In this document: piece by piece, positions 11,831 to 24,127 of the stretch
Position numbering within the stretch: the stretch's first letter is position 1
How the letters are laid out: every line of letters begins with the position of its first letter
Assembly: GCF_035083965.1 (NCBI RefSeq)
Contig: NC_089740.1
Location: forward strand, 9,172,596-9,236,595
Length of the DNA: 64,000 nucleotides
Direction of reading: 5' to 3'
Origin: Branchiostoma lanceolatum
Lineage: Eukaryota
The notes under the pieces: generated by a model
The model's database searches: none
Seen by the model: only the letters and a program-made list of their open reading frames with translations
What the model was told of the DNA's origin: nothing
Made by a program: the position numbers and the translations under genes

Positions 11831-14036
11831 AGCAGAACGTTTTTTTTGTATCTTTTTACCTGTTTGTTATATCGTGGGAATGATTGGATCCATCGCGCGT
11901 TGTGCCAAACGACAAAATAGTAGTCAACGATGGAAATGGGCTGTATAGGCGGGAATAGAATAAGTATCGAAATGCTGGAGTTAAGTCCATTAGAAAACAA
12001 TCATAGTGATCCCCCAAAACGTGACAATACATCAGCTAAATATCAAAACCTAAGGTCGTGCAGCATCTACAAAGTCGCTAGGGGGCTATAATCTAACCAT
12101 TTCTTCATCAATACCTACCAAATACCAAACATCATAAAGACTCATCCATAACTTTCCGAGTTATAGTTTTCACAAACACACAGACATCCACATATAGACC
12201 CGAGAACGCATTCTTCCTGGCGTAGGTGATAAGAGTACAAACAAATCCACATAAATGTCACATGCCTGCGTTTTAAGAGAGATCCAATAGGGGGCGTTTA
12301 GCTGTCGACCCTCTTGATGCCATCGATACTTTGCACTCGGTACCCACCGGTACCAGTCATGTGCAGGTCGCGCCACATTAAGTTGTCCTATCGCACAAGA
12401 AGATCTCTTAGACTAAGTAAACAAAGCAGTATAGCACGTGTGATCAAACAATCGGTGTTATTTGGAGAGCAGTACCTCAACAGTAATCTCCAAGCAGATC
12501 TACACGGTGCACCGAAAATCGTTTATGCTAGTCAGATAAGCTCCAGTCAGCCAGATAAGCTCCAGTCCGCACCGTACTGCTTGGACATTACCTCAACAGC
12601 TTTGATACATGCCCAGAACACACGACAAGCCAGCCCACAGGTATATATTATACTGTAGAGAAATTTGATACTTTTATCATGAAAAATATTACCGCTTTCA
12701 AGTGACCTATCTGTAGGATACAATAGTATATTGTAGCTAGCATTTTGCCGTTTGTTGTTGCTAACCTAAAATCTTGAAATACTTGATCGTTGGACTATAA
12801 CCTTATAGCAGTTATAGCAGTAATCGTTATTGGTATAACAAAAGTACGGCGACTTTCGTAGGGTCTTTTACAACTATACAGTACATACAAACGACCACGT
12901 GGATACAAACGAATCAACTTAGTAAGGTAAATATATGGATAAATTAACATAACATTAAGTTGAACGTTTACAGTCTACTGATTCTAAGGTATGAAAAATT
13001 TTGATGTATTTACCTACTTGTACACAATAATCTATCTAGTATATTTCCACCTAGAATGCGATTGATTTTATCTGTAGGATTACATATGAAAAATTCTTTT
13101 AGCAAGCGGATTGTAACAAGTGATCAGCTTTGAGCGTTTATCATCATATCGTATACAACCAATGATAAAGAAAAGATCATATTTAATCTCTTTTGGACAA
13201 AATGGGAAATTTTTAATGATATTTTCCGATTTCTACGTTCAATTTATGGCTACAGGTTCGTGTACTATATGTGCGAGAGCAATGTTTATGTAAAGAATGC
13301 ACAACAATGTTTGATTTAGTAGAGCTCACTACGCATAAGATTTAACTGACTGTAATAACGTATCGGATACCACTAGATGTTTTGTGCAATTTTGTTAGAA
13401 ACAGAGCTATTTTACCGATTATAAATACAATTTGGTGAGATTATATTTTGATGAGATAATATAGATCGATTCAACACCTGCACCTAACCTTGTACCCGTC
13501 CGAGCCAAGTACAAAGTATACACAGTGTTAAGAGGGTCGACAGTTATATTTGTTTGCTTCGCATAACGGATAATCCACCTTTGAGCGTAACACACCAGAT
13601 TTGTACCTTAAGTACCAGCTGAATAAAATCGAGAATAAAACTTAACATCCTAATTACTAATACAATAAAGGCTAGCATAAGTCCTTGATATAGTGTTACA
13701 ATCGACTGGGGCTAATTATAAGTTTCGGTATTTTTTCCAATGACAAAGGCAGTATTTTATACCTGGTGGGTTTGATCTACTCACATCAGAAAGGGGCGTG
13801 GTGGGTTCACGTACGTGCTTGAGGTGTGACTTTCTTCAAACAAGTGACCTCCATCTTAATCTCCAATCTGGGAGGACGTCCCGAACTATGTACTCATCTT
13901 TCCCTTAAGTGTCGAGTGAGGGAATTGATGTGACTCCCTTTCCAAAGCCAGCAACAATGGGGCCTGCTTTTATGTCTTATTTTTCGGGTCTGTTTTTAGC
14001 TTTCCCTTTGACCCCTCTCGTTGGACAGAGTTCAAA

Positions 14037-14111
14037 ATGGCGGACGCAGCGACAAAAGCCGAACAGCACGTGTTGGTCAAGAGTGTGGACATGCCTGATG
14101 ATGCAATCAAG
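14037..14111 (+). CDS. DHPS: deoxyhypusine synthase exon 1 (start codon)
   Basis: ATG at 14037 in caaaATGG context. Translates MADAATKAEQHVLVKSVDMPDDAIK, then donor AAG|gtaagt. Confidence 0.75.
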
Positions 14112-14608
14112 GTAAGTTTAGTAGAATAATGATAGAAAAATAAACACAATATCGCTAATTTATTACCAAATAAAAATGCATAATGATTGTCACCCACTGT
14201 CAGGACTTCAGATTCATGTGGCTTTTGCAAACTTCTCTACATTCTTTAAAAAAAAAGAGCTTATTTGTTCTTGGCCTATCCCTATGCTAGGCGCCGAAGG
14301 GCAAAGTTAGCGAGATCTTAGCAGCTGTTTAAATGTCTAGGATATTGGCACACTTCTACATCTAGACTTGCTTCACTACTCTGAATCAACAGAAATCAAG
14401 TTCAAGGCCATTCAAACGAGCGCTGGCTACCGCCTCGGCCATGTTGATGATGATAGAAAATCATTTCTGAAAGGATCTGACGAAATGGACCAATCAGCGC
14501 GATAGCACAAAATCCAGGCGATTTACACCTGCAATTTCAACTTTTGCATCCATTCCATTATCTATTGCGTATTTTTCCTGACTTGTTTGTTTTTCTACGG
14601 ATCTGCAG

Positions 14609-14725
14609 ATCGAAGGATATGACTTCAACTCAGGGGTGAACCTTGACGGAGTGGTCAAGCACTACCTGACCACAGGGTTCCAGGCCAGCAACTTCGGAAT
14701 GGCCATCGAGCAGATCAACAAAATG
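14609..14725 (+). CDS. DHPS: deoxyhypusine synthase exon 2
   Basis: Acceptor atctgcag|ATC and donor ATG|gtgagt. Translates IEGYDFNSGVNLDGVVKHYLTTGFQASNFGMAIEQINKM (compare human DHPS GYDFNRGVNY..TTGFQATNFGRAVQQVNAM). Confidence 0.85.
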
Positions 14726-15227
14726 GTGAGTTGAATCATATGCTTAACTTAATATCTATATACATCTTTATTGCACGTATCTAATTTTCTCTGAATTGTT
14801 TTATTTCCAATTTCAGCAGAGCACAAGAAGGTTTTAGAAGGCCTGGTCGCAATGCAAGAATTATCCAGAGCGAAAGACCTGTTGAGTCGAGGAGATCAAT
14901 TCATATCCCCAGAACGACTAAAACAAATAAACTGACTTTGTTTCTTCTATAAACGCGCAACCTTGTCAATGTCACTTTCTAGCTTTGTCAGTATCATGAT
15001 AGACCGACTGATCCGAAATGAAGCCCTTTCGTCAAAACGTAGAAATGCAAAATACAACGTCATGTAGAAAACATAAAGATGTGAAAATTTGCCGGACTTT
15101 AAGCTACTGCCTCATTGCTATGCTATCATTGTTTGAACTGCTATTGTGATTGACAGTCAGGATCGGTCTATTACCTGAAGTGCCTATTGAAGATGAAATT
15201 CAACACTTGTTGTTACCATGGTTGCAG

Positions 15228-15389
15228 CGAGAGCATAGGTCCAAGCCAGCCAATCTCAGCCCGGAGGAGGAGAAGCTGGACCCCATCTACCGGCCCCGGT
15301 CAGACTGCACCGTCTTCTTGGGCTACACCTCCAACCTGGTGTCGTCTGGAGTCCGGGAAACCATCAGGTTCTTGGCTCAGCATAGGATG
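15228..15389 (+). CDS. DHPS: deoxyhypusine synthase exon 3
   Basis: Acceptor gttgcag|CGA and donor ATG|gtgagt. Translates [54 protein letters not shown]. Lies in ORF 15150-15485. Confidence 0.85.
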
Positions 15390-15419
15390 GTGAGTAGGGC
15401 TGTGTACCTACAACCGGTA

Positions 15420-15760
15420 ACTGTTAAGGTACAGGTCCGTCCATCTAGTGTACCTGTACCTGTACCTATTACACTTTGTAGGTAACGTCCGTACCTGACC
15501 ATCTAGTGTACCTGTACCTGTACCTGTACCTGTATTTGTAAAATTGCTTAGGTACAGGTCTAAACCTGAACATCTGGTGTAGCAGTTCCTATGCCTATAC
15601 CTGTACATGTACAGGTAAAGGTACATGCATAGGTACAGGTACCTGTACCTATACATGTACCTGTACCTATACACGTATACCTGTACCTGCTTCTGTAAAA
15701 TTATTTTGCTATAGGTTCGGACCTGAATATCTGGTGTACCTGTACTGTACCTGAACAAAA
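15420..15760. repeat. Hexanucleotide (GTACCT/TACCTG)n minisatellite with about 120 bp higher-order units, DHPS intron 3
   Basis: Runs of gtacctgtacctgtacc interspersed with ..tgtaaaattgcttaggtacaggtctaaacctgaacatctggtg.. repeated about 3 times. Confidence 0.7.
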
Positions 15761-16073
15761 CTAAAACACCCTCCAAAGAGACAAATCGTAATTGAAAATG
15801 ACAATTTCTGCAATGATGCATTTCAATATTAGGTAAATCTCTATCATAAAACCTTCAAAAGTCTTGTTTCCATATCAAAACATCTAAATCCTCATACAAA
15901 GATGATAAATATCTCTAGAAAGAATAGTTGGGTGCAAGTATCATTTACAGATAATAGGCCAAACATGTTAAGGTACAGGTACTGGCCCGAACCTGCCCGC
16001 AACCATTATGCCTGTACCTGAAAAAGGTAGTAAAAAGCCATATTTAATATGTTTTGTTTTCATCTTGTTTCAG

Positions 16074-16185
16074 ATTGATTGCATTGTAACATCTGCAGGA
16101 GGGATTGAGGAAGACTTCATTAAGTGTCTCGCACCGACGTTTCTTGGAGACTTCTTCTTGAAGGGCAGGGACCTTCGACCGAAAG
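16074..16185 (+). CDS. DHPS: deoxyhypusine synthase exon 4
   Basis: Acceptor tttcag|ATT and donor AAAG|gtataa. Translates [38 protein letters not shown]. Lies in ORF 16008-16241. Confidence 0.85.
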
Positions 16186-16224
16186 GTATAAAGTCTCAGT
16201 TGAATACAATACTTGATGATACCC

Positions 16225-16380
16225 TACAATACATTGTTTAGCAGCATCTACTGTTTTTGTCAGATTCCACAACACAACATGGTGTCAGAAGTGGGATTTT
16301 CATCCACGGACCCTTCTTTGTTGGGTTACATAGCTGTGCAAGCACTGCATGCAGTAAGGAGTATTTCACTGGCAATGATG
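16225..16380. repeat. Dispersed repeat in DHPS intron 4 (paired with 18106-18290 in intron 7)
   Basis: Contains tttagcagcatctactgtttttgtcagattccacaacacaacatggtgtcagaagtgggattttcatccacggaccc.., about 85-90% identical to the intron 7 copy. Confidence 0.55.
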
Positions 16381-16668
16381 TAGTACAAAATGTAATAAAG
16401 TGTGTCTGATACACATAACGTTAGTACACACTACAAATGAAATACTGCTTTCTAGTACAAAATAGAATAGTGTGTGTAGTACATAAATAGTTGCTATGTG
16501 TTCAACAATTCAGCCCATTTGACTATTTCATTCTATTTTCCAGCAACCCAGATATTATGCTAGACACTACGGATTGGCAACAGCGAAAAAAATTCCTTTT
16601 ATCTGTCCTCTGTGCTTATGTTTCATCAAGTGATATCTGAATCTCTCCTTTTGCTTTGTTAACCTCAG

Positions 16669-16775
16669 GACTGAACAGGACAGGAAACCTTCTGGTGCCA
16701 AACGACAACTACTGTCTGTTCGAGGACTGGATCATGCCCATACTGGATCAGATGCTGGCGGAGCAAAAGGAACAG
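16669..16775 (+). CDS. DHPS: deoxyhypusine synthase exon 5
   Basis: Acceptor aacctcag|GA and donor CAG|gtgaga. Translates [35 protein letters not shown]. Confidence 0.85.
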
Positions 16776-17464
16776 GTGAGAAAGATATCACTTAAGAAGT
16801 GTGCCAAGTTTCGTTCCTCTTAGTTTATGGGAAACCTCACCTCATCTGACCCTTGGCCTCTTTGTGGGTCGTTTGGGCAACGTTAACATGACTAATCGCT
16901 CCACCATTCTCCTCCACCTCACTCTGTCATCCTCCTCTCTCATAGCTTCAGCTATGCTCTGTCCCGTCCATTCTTTCATGTTGCCCCCCCCCCCTTTACT
17001 TTGGGAAACCAGTAGATAGAAATTCATAACTATCTGCATCTGTATAGCCGATCTAACCACCCTTCAACGTAACACACCAGATCGGCAGGCACGCAGCGCG
17101 GCTGCAGCTCGTTGCATTACACTGATTGACCTGTCGACATGTCACCCCTAACCTTCACACATCAACAAATAGCTGCATGTTTTGTTAACATTTATCTAAT
17201 TTGGATACCCATGCTGTACTTAATGATGGCAACGAGTTCCACAACTGAATCTATATACATGTACGTGACTTATAGAGATATATAGCATGATACAAGTTGA
17301 ATTTCAGCTTTCAACAAAAACCAGAAATGGTTCGTACCAAACCTTTACTTAACAAATAATCTTGTACATTGAGAGAAACTGACAAATATAAGTGACTTTG
17401 CCATGTGAATTCATGAATCGATGTTCATGTTCATAACATATTATCCTAATTGCCTTAACTACAG

Positions 17465-17551
17465 GGTACTCTATGGACACCATCAAAAATGATCGCCCGC
17501 CTCGGGAAAGAAATCGACAACCCGGAGTCTATATACTACTGGTGCTACAAG
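17465..17551 (+). CDS. DHPS: deoxyhypusine synthase exon 6
   Basis: Acceptor ttaactacag|GGT and donor AAG|gtaaag. Translates [29 protein letters not shown]. Confidence 0.85.
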
Positions 17552-17759
17552 GTAAAGTATTTCATTCATTCAGGAATCATGTTTTCTCATAATGCAATAT
17601 GTTAAGATAGAACTATTTTCTATTTGCAAGGAAAATTATAATAGATTGACTTCATGATTCATGTTGTATTGATATACAGAAAAGTTACAACATATTCTGT
17701 GTTAGGTACTGTGATTCAGATTTTTACTTGTTCTATTTGTTTCTTTTCCTCGTTTTTAG

Positions 17760-17865
17760 AACGAGATCCCAGTGTTTAGCCCCGCCATTACTGACGGGTC
17801 TATCGGGGACATGCTGTTTATGCATGCCTACAAAAACCCGGGGCTGATTCTAGACATCGTGCATG
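17760..17865 (+). CDS. DHPS: deoxyhypusine synthase exon 7
   Basis: Acceptor cgtttttag|AAC and donor CATG|gtacgt. Translates [35 protein letters not shown]. Confidence 0.85.
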
Positions 17866-18105
17866 GTACGTCACCGTGTTTATATTTAGTCATCCCCAAG
17901 CCATATGGTGATTGGGTGGTGTAACAGGAATTAATTAATTATAAGATAGCTGATAGCCATCCCTTACATTCTGTGTGGCAGTATAGTCCAGTGCGAATGT
18001 TAAGTATAGTGTGCTGCAAGACACCGTGAAAGAAATAATACGACTTCTTCCACCACCGGGAAAGTGGTGAGCACACACAAGGTCTGTTGGTACTCACACA
18101 ATCCT

Positions 18106-18290
18106 ACAATACAAGGTTTAGCAGCATCTACTGTTTTTGTCAGATTCCACAACACAACATGGTGTCAGAATTGGGATTCTAATCCACGTTCCCATCTTTG
18201 TTGGGTCACATGGCTGTGCACCACAGTAGGGGATATTTCATTGCCAATGGTTTGTGTTCAACAACCATACTCTTTCTTGAAATAAGATAA
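18106..18290. repeat. Dispersed repeat in DHPS intron 7 (second copy)
   Basis: Contains gtttagcagcatctactgtttttgtcagattccacaacacaacatggtgtcagaattgggattctaatccacgttccc... Confidence 0.55.
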
Positions 18291-18416
18291 GTTAGAGTTG
18301 ATTGTTTAAGCAGAGAAAGATGTATGTATAAGTTTTAACTTTTTCTATGACTCCGCCGAAGATCGGCCCATTTGCCATTTGTTGACATTCTTCATTATTT
18401 GTTTTTTATTATACAG

Positions 18417-18520
18417 ATATAAAGATGATGGACAGCATAGCAGCTCACAGCAAGCACAGTGGGATGATTATAATGGGAGGCGGTTTGGTGAAGCATCACA
18501 TCCACAATGCCAATCAGATG
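18417..18520 (+). CDS. DHPS: deoxyhypusine synthase exon 8
   Basis: Acceptor ttattatacag|AT and donor ATG|gtaagt. Translates [35 protein letters not shown]. Lies in ORF 18425-18643. Confidence 0.85.
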
Positions 18521-18539
18521 GTAAGTTCGTTAAGCCCCC

Positions 18540-18850
18540 CTCTAACTCGACCCGCGGCACGCTGGCGGCTTCGCTGCGTCCTAAACTGGATTTGTGTTAC
18601 TCTTGACTTTATTATGGGGATATCATACAAAACGAACACGTAGGACCAAAAAGACAACAAAACACACAAAGCTTAAAAAGATTCGTTTTTTGTCGATAAA
18701 ATTCGTTGAGTGCTTTGTCTATTCGATCGGCCGCAGCAACGCCGCCAGCGTGCCGCGGGTCCAATGAGAGAGGGCCTTAAGGCCCCCATTCCACTAGACG
18801 GCGATCGCGCTACGATCTCGCTGCGACCTAAGTTGGGTCTGTGAAACCCT
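18540..18850. repeat. Foldback/inverted-repeat element in DHPS intron 8
   Basis: ctcgacccgcggcacgctggcggcttcgctgcg (18546-18578) is the reverse complement of cgcagcaacgccgccagcgtgccgcgggtc (18731-18760). The flanking 70 bp tails (gctgcgtcctaaactggatttgtg..ttgactttattatgggg) are directly repeated at 18815-18880. Confidence 0.5.
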
Positions 18851-19120
18851 TGACTTTATAATTGGAATATTATACAAAATATAAAAGTATCACTTATCTC
18901 TGGTTTCTTATACAGAAGGGCGGTGCTGACTAAGGAGGTATCCGATCAAAACTGTATTACGAACGATATAAGATATTCTTTGTGTAGCTGATACTGTAGT
19001 ATTTCTATCTTTAAATTTGATTTTTCAGAAGAGCGGTGTCGACTACGAAGAGACTGAATCAAGAAGAAATCCTATGTATTGTTGTTACATTTTTTCTATC
19101 TCTGCTTCCTTGATATACAG

Positions 19121-19246
19121 AAGGGCGGTGCCGACTACGGGGTGTTCATCAACACCGCTCAGGAGTTTGACGGGTCTGACGGGGGAGCCCGTCCGGACGA
19201 GGCCGTGTCCTGGGGAAAAATCAAGGAGAGCGCCAGGCCTGTCAAG
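19121..19246 (+). CDS. DHPS: deoxyhypusine synthase exon 9
   Basis: Acceptor gatatacag|AAG and donor AAG|gtaggg. Translates [42 protein letters not shown]. Lies in ORF 19079-19390. Confidence 0.85.
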
Positions 19247-19854
19247 GTAGGGGCGATGGAAACATCGATCATGCTTTTTTCGTACACAACCGTGTTACGT
19301 GACCTTAACGGAAGTGTGACGTCAGAGGTCAAGGTGGGTGACGTCACACATCCGCGAGAGTTATTTAGGCTTCGGGTCATTTCAATTTGAGTTAGATCAG
19401 AGTACTGATCGAAAGCTTGTTGTTAAGCGATTTACAACATCTTTACAGCGTCAATTATCGTCACAGATTAACCTTTGCCATTATGCCATTGTCATTATAT
19501 GTCAGTCATATTGATTGTACTATTAGTCATGTGAAGGGACCAAAACATAACGTATAAATCAAAATCATTTCATGGGACTCATCTTTCAAACACTTCAAGC
19601 TCTGCGAGTCAGGCCATAATTCAGTATTAATATTGCAGACATAGAGGTTAAAAAGGACGAAATCAAATCCTTAATATATCTATCTAATGCATTGTTTATA
19701 CTTCACAGCTAAGGGTTGGGGGGGGGGCATGGGCCACTCAAGCACTATCTGTACTAACGACATTAATTTAGTGCATGTTTTGTTTAGTTATTGATGTCTG
19801 TAGAGTGATATGGATGGTAAGCTTAACAATATTCTATCTTATTTTCTATTCCAG

Positions 19855-19947
19855 ATTTTCGCTGATGCTACCCTCGTGTTCCCCTTGCTTGTGTCACAAA
19901 CCTTTGCAAAGGACATCAAACCTCTGACTAACGGAACCCAAGACTAA
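19855..19947 (+). CDS. DHPS: deoxyhypusine synthase exon 10 (terminal, includes stop)
   Basis: Acceptor ttctattccag|ATT. Translates IFADATLVFPLLVSQTFAKDIKPLTNGTQD then TAA at 19945-19947. Confidence 0.8.
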   Translation: MFADATLVFPLLVSQTFAKDIKPLTNGTQD

Positions 19948-22220
19948 ACTGTGATGTCATTGTATCCAAATAACTGCTATATGCAGAGTTGATGATGTTT
20001 ACGTATTGAAAATTAAGGTATAGTATTGATTAAGTTTAAAGCAACTTTAATTGAAATGCTTGTTGTTATCCTATATCATTAATGCTGACTATAGTTTGTT
20101 GTTTATTGTTTGAAAGAGAAGAGCTCCATTAGTGACAGTATATACCTATGATATTTCACTGCTCTTCCTGGAGTCCTAAATCATACACATGACATACATA
20201 TCGCATTAGGTTGGAGTACACAATATATACATATACATGTATACACATATGTAGTGAACGCCAATGAGAATTTCCTTAAGCTTTATGTTTAGCTAACCAT
20301 TAAAGTAAAAAGTACCATTATTATACTGTACCAATTATAGGTCATTATGCTAAAAGAAAATCTCTGATTCCATAGTCTATATTACTAGTAGCACAAATGT
20401 GCTTTTGTTATCAAACTATATACTTTTAGGTGTAGTTCTCGATGGAAACTGGCGTAGTTTTAAGTGTTTGGTTTGAAGAGAAACTGGCTTAGTTTTAAGT
20501 GTTTGGTTTGAAGAGCAATATTGTTATGGAAAAAGGTCATAACCAATGTCCTCTAAGCAATATATTTCTTCTCTTTAAAGTGATTAAATGAATATACTTA
20601 ATCAATCAATAAAAGCTGTCTAATTCGATCATATCATGCTGTTACTCGGTCTATGTATCATCATTATTGGTGAAATAAAGTTGTTTAAAGTATCATTTTT
20701 GTTTCAAATGTTTAATCTTTTGTAACAATGTACAAAGAAAAATGAATACACTTTTGAGATGACTAAACTCTATTGGTAGTAATATATTACCTACACGTGT
20801 AACAATTTCTATGCCTCAATGAATGCAAGTTTCTACACCATAGACATAGTCCAAATCAATGACGACCTTTGCTTTACAATCCTGTCACGTGTTTCTAAAA
20901 ATATAATTACCTTGAGTTAGAATCTATTTAGTGCAAGGCCGTACGATGTTGCTTTGAAGGTCGCACAATATCAATGCAATCATAGGTCAAAATGGTTGAT
21001 TTCAAAGCAGAGGTTGAATTAAGGGAAAGATCGTTAACATATCGGTGCAAGTTTTCTGATAGTCGATCACTAAAAGGTCTGTAGATACCATAGAGAAAAC
21101 GACGCCTAATGGGACAAGGGGAGGGGCAACTATAAAAAAGATGTTGCTGTTCCTCCTTATTGAAGGGATCGGTTGCCAGGAAACTGGTACCTATCATAAT
21201 AAGGTAACGATCTGCATGGGAGGGAGGGGCTACCACAAACACTCTACGCTAGGTTTAGAAAGACAGTTGTTACATTAAGTTCGGCAGGCTGGCTTCGCTT
21301 TACCCTAATTTCAGACGCCAATTGCGTTACACCGTGACTACACGCGTACGCCACTACACGCCGTACGTCAAATTTGAACGGTCCGGCTACGAATTACGTG
21401 GCCGGAATCAAAACGGTTGATTACGCTCTACGAAAACCCTGCTTGGAGAGTAGAAATAGTACACGTGGTGCTTTCTCGAGTAAGTGGGCATAGGACGAAA
21501 TCTTATCATGTTTTTCTTAGACGGTGTTTACTGTGTGCAAACTCGGTGCAAGCCCGTACTAAGTGTCTACAATACTTAAAGGTCAAAGACCAACTTTGGT
21601 GCCACTTGCAGATCGCACGACACGCACGTGGTTTCTGCCGAACAACCTTTCTCTGACTTACCAAAAGGTCAATCGATCGTCAAATGGCAGGGAGACGATT
21701 TGTCCTGGGCAGCTCCCCGTTTGAATCGATGACAACCAATCAGTAAGAACATACATGTAATCAACGGTCATTGAGTCTACCCAGCGAGCTATTTGTAGCG
21801 AAGTTCACCCCGTAATCATCACATGAATATACGGGGCATTACTTTGTGAATCCGTGTTCATATATGCGTTCCGTGGCTGTGTGTGGACAAGGGTTTTAGG
21901 TACATAGTATACGAAGTTGTCGTGTTTGGATTGTGATGATATTTGTCACGTGCGTAGGTATTGCTAGCCCGGTCCGGAGGTGTCTATTGTGTGTGAGCCT
22001 CCAAGCGGCTTTCTTTAGTACTGTAGCGTAACTTCAGGTCCTTATATCTTATGTTATGGTATCGCAAATTCTTGATTTTATTTGGGTACCAAATAGCTTA
22101 TTGGGTGTACGTTTGGACATCCTATATAGCTTCTAGACAACTTTTTTCCGCCTATTTCTAAAGCTTTTTTCCTCTTTATATCTTGACGTCTTCCTCTTCC
22201 CTGAATTATAGCTTCTGAAG

Positions 22221-22368
22221 ATGTCTCAGGAGACGAAAGACGTCCGCAGTCTTGACGACGCCAGAGGTTACCTGGAGGAGTATTTCTCACCCCTGATGTG
22301 TGAGATTCCAGATGAAGGGCAATCTGGTCTTAAGTGCATCGACATTCTTCACGACGTCTTTAACAGCG
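22221..22368 (+). CDS. NNMT/INMT/PNMT-family N-methyltransferase (gene A) exon 1
   Basis: ATG at 22221. Translates MSQETKDVRSLDDARGYLEEYFSPLMCEIPDEGQSGLKCIDILHDVFNSG (compare NNMT FNPRDYLEKYY..). Donor AGCG|gtgatt, phase 1. Confidence 0.7.
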
Positions 22369-22865
22369 GTGATTAGGACAATTTAAGACACTGACTTGAG
22401 GATGTTCAGTCAGAATTTTGATAATTAAAGTTAACACTTCAGTCTGCTTGTATTTCTACTTTTCACGTCATTTGGTATATGCACAGTTCAAGGATGACAA
22501 GTTTGAAATGATAACGTTTATGCAATGCCCTTAGATTGGGACACCCGGCTTGAGACTTAAAACCAGGATAAAATGAAGGTGCATTATGTTTGGCTTTTAA
22601 GTACCTCAGGTACTCTTGCTTATATCATGCAAATTGTCCAAATACGTACTTAGTTTGCATAGTTAGTGAGTAAAATCCATAAGTCTATTTTGTTAGTAGG
22701 AACATATATATATATATTTATATATGCAATATATAACCTAGAGATGACGAGTAATAGATATCATAGCCAGGTATTCCTAACATGGAGAGATGATCAGAAG
22801 TACAGGTTAAACTGGTGATGAACTAGGTTCAATTTCTTAGTAATATCTATCTTTCTTTGGCGCAG

Positions 22866-22975
22866 GTGAAGTTAAAGGGAAGCGACTGATAGATGTCGGT
22901 TGTGGGCCAGCGATCTACCAGTTTATCAGCGCCAGTCGGTACTTCTCCGAGATCGTCTGCGCAGAGTACAGCGAG
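22866..22975 (+). CDS. N-methyltransferase gene A exon 2 (SAM-binding motif I)
   Basis: Acceptor ggcgcag|GT and donor GAG|gtatga. Translates GEVKGKRLIDVGCGPAIYQFISASRYFSEIVCAEYSE (compare NNMT [36 protein letters not shown]). Confidence 0.8.
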
Positions 22976-23520
22976 GTATGATGGGATACAAAATGGCGGT
23001 CATTCGCATTCTATTTAATATATATGAAAAACTATGGATGATTGGCGTACTGATAATGTCATGGTATTGTCCGTCTGTGCTGATTACAGTGATGTACAGG
23101 ATACTAATGATAATGTCATTGGGGTGTCACGATGTCTGTCGGCACTTCTGAGGTACTTTTGCCAGGATTGCCAAGCAATTGGCGGATTGCGATCCGCTTA
23201 ACTGCACATCCCATTTGCCAGCGTATTTGGTGCAATTATCCGGCTGGTTGGTAGTTCTTTGCATGATAAAGGTCAAATATATGGTCCTCCTAGCTGCTTT
23301 TCTTAGCAATGCAGTGGAACGTCTGGTTTTTATATCTTCATTCCTGGACATGCTATAGGTCTTTATGTTTGGGTGGAACATGTTGGGTCAAGAGGTGTGA
23401 AATTGGGTCCCCTAGCAGCTTTTTTTTGGAACTGCAGGGGCGTTTTTGAATGACATTTTGATGGGGGGATAACTAAAAGGAGTGCAAATGGATTTCATGA
23501 TTTTGTTCTGATATCGGTAG

Positions 23521-23618
23521 TCCGGTCGTGCAGAGATTGAGAAGTGGGTTGGTGGGGACCCAGACGCCTTCGACTGGAGTGAATATGTGCAGTACTTCTG
23601 TGACATGGAAGGGACCAG
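23521..23618 (+). CDS. N-methyltransferase gene A exon 3
   Basis: Acceptor atatcggtag|TCC and donor ACCAG|gtaaga. Translates SGRAEIEKWVGGDPDAFDWSEYVQYFCDMEGT. Confidence 0.75.
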
Positions 23619-23971
23619 GTAAGACTTCGATGTCGTTTCTCGGCCTTTTTTTGCCTTCAGATTTCCAACTTTTCTCTCTACCTTGTTTTTTTCTCTGTCT
23701 CCAAACAGATGTCGGGGTTTACAATAACATTTACTAACCAAGCGCTTTTCTGACATTTCCTCTTCATTCCCCAAGAGGAACTGAAATTCGCAAAAGCCGC
23801 ACTGTCAGAAAACAACTATCCACCCAACGTCTGCTTGGAAATTATTTAAATCATACTCTTTGGAGAGCCACAAGGGTGCAAAGGCCTCAGTCGTTTTGTG
23901 GAATCTAAGAATAATTTGTGTCGGTTCTTTTTAAAGAGCAATAGCACAGATAGTTTTCTCTATTTTTCCAG

Positions 23972-24127
23972 AGATATCTGGGAAGACCGTCAGAAGCAGC
24001 TTCGTCAGGCTATCAAGGCTGTAGTTCCGTGTGATGTCCACAAACCAAACCCTATAGAGCCGCTCCAGATGGAACCTTTCGACGTTGTTATGACGCTGTT
24101 CTGCATCGAAAACGCCTGCACCGACAG
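23972..24127 (+). CDS. N-methyltransferase gene A exon 4
   Basis: Acceptor tttttccag|AGA and donor GACAG|gtactg. Translates RDIWEDRQKQLRQAIKAVVPCDVHKPNPIEPLQMEPFDVVMTLFCIENACTD. Lies in ORF 23898-24134. Confidence 0.8.

Noticed and set aside
9600-14000. AT-rich ORFs such as 9630-9938 and 12314-12658
   Set aside because: Low-complexity composition. No domain signatures or coherent exon structure.
14818-14935. Possible extra DHPS exon between exons 2 and 3 (acceptor tttcag at 14817; frame EHKKVLEGLVAMQELSRAKDLLSRGDQFISPERLKQIN*)
   Set aside because: It ends in a stop and is not required. Exon 2 joins exon 3 in phase 0 with the same spacing as human DHPS (INKM|[14 protein letters not shown]).
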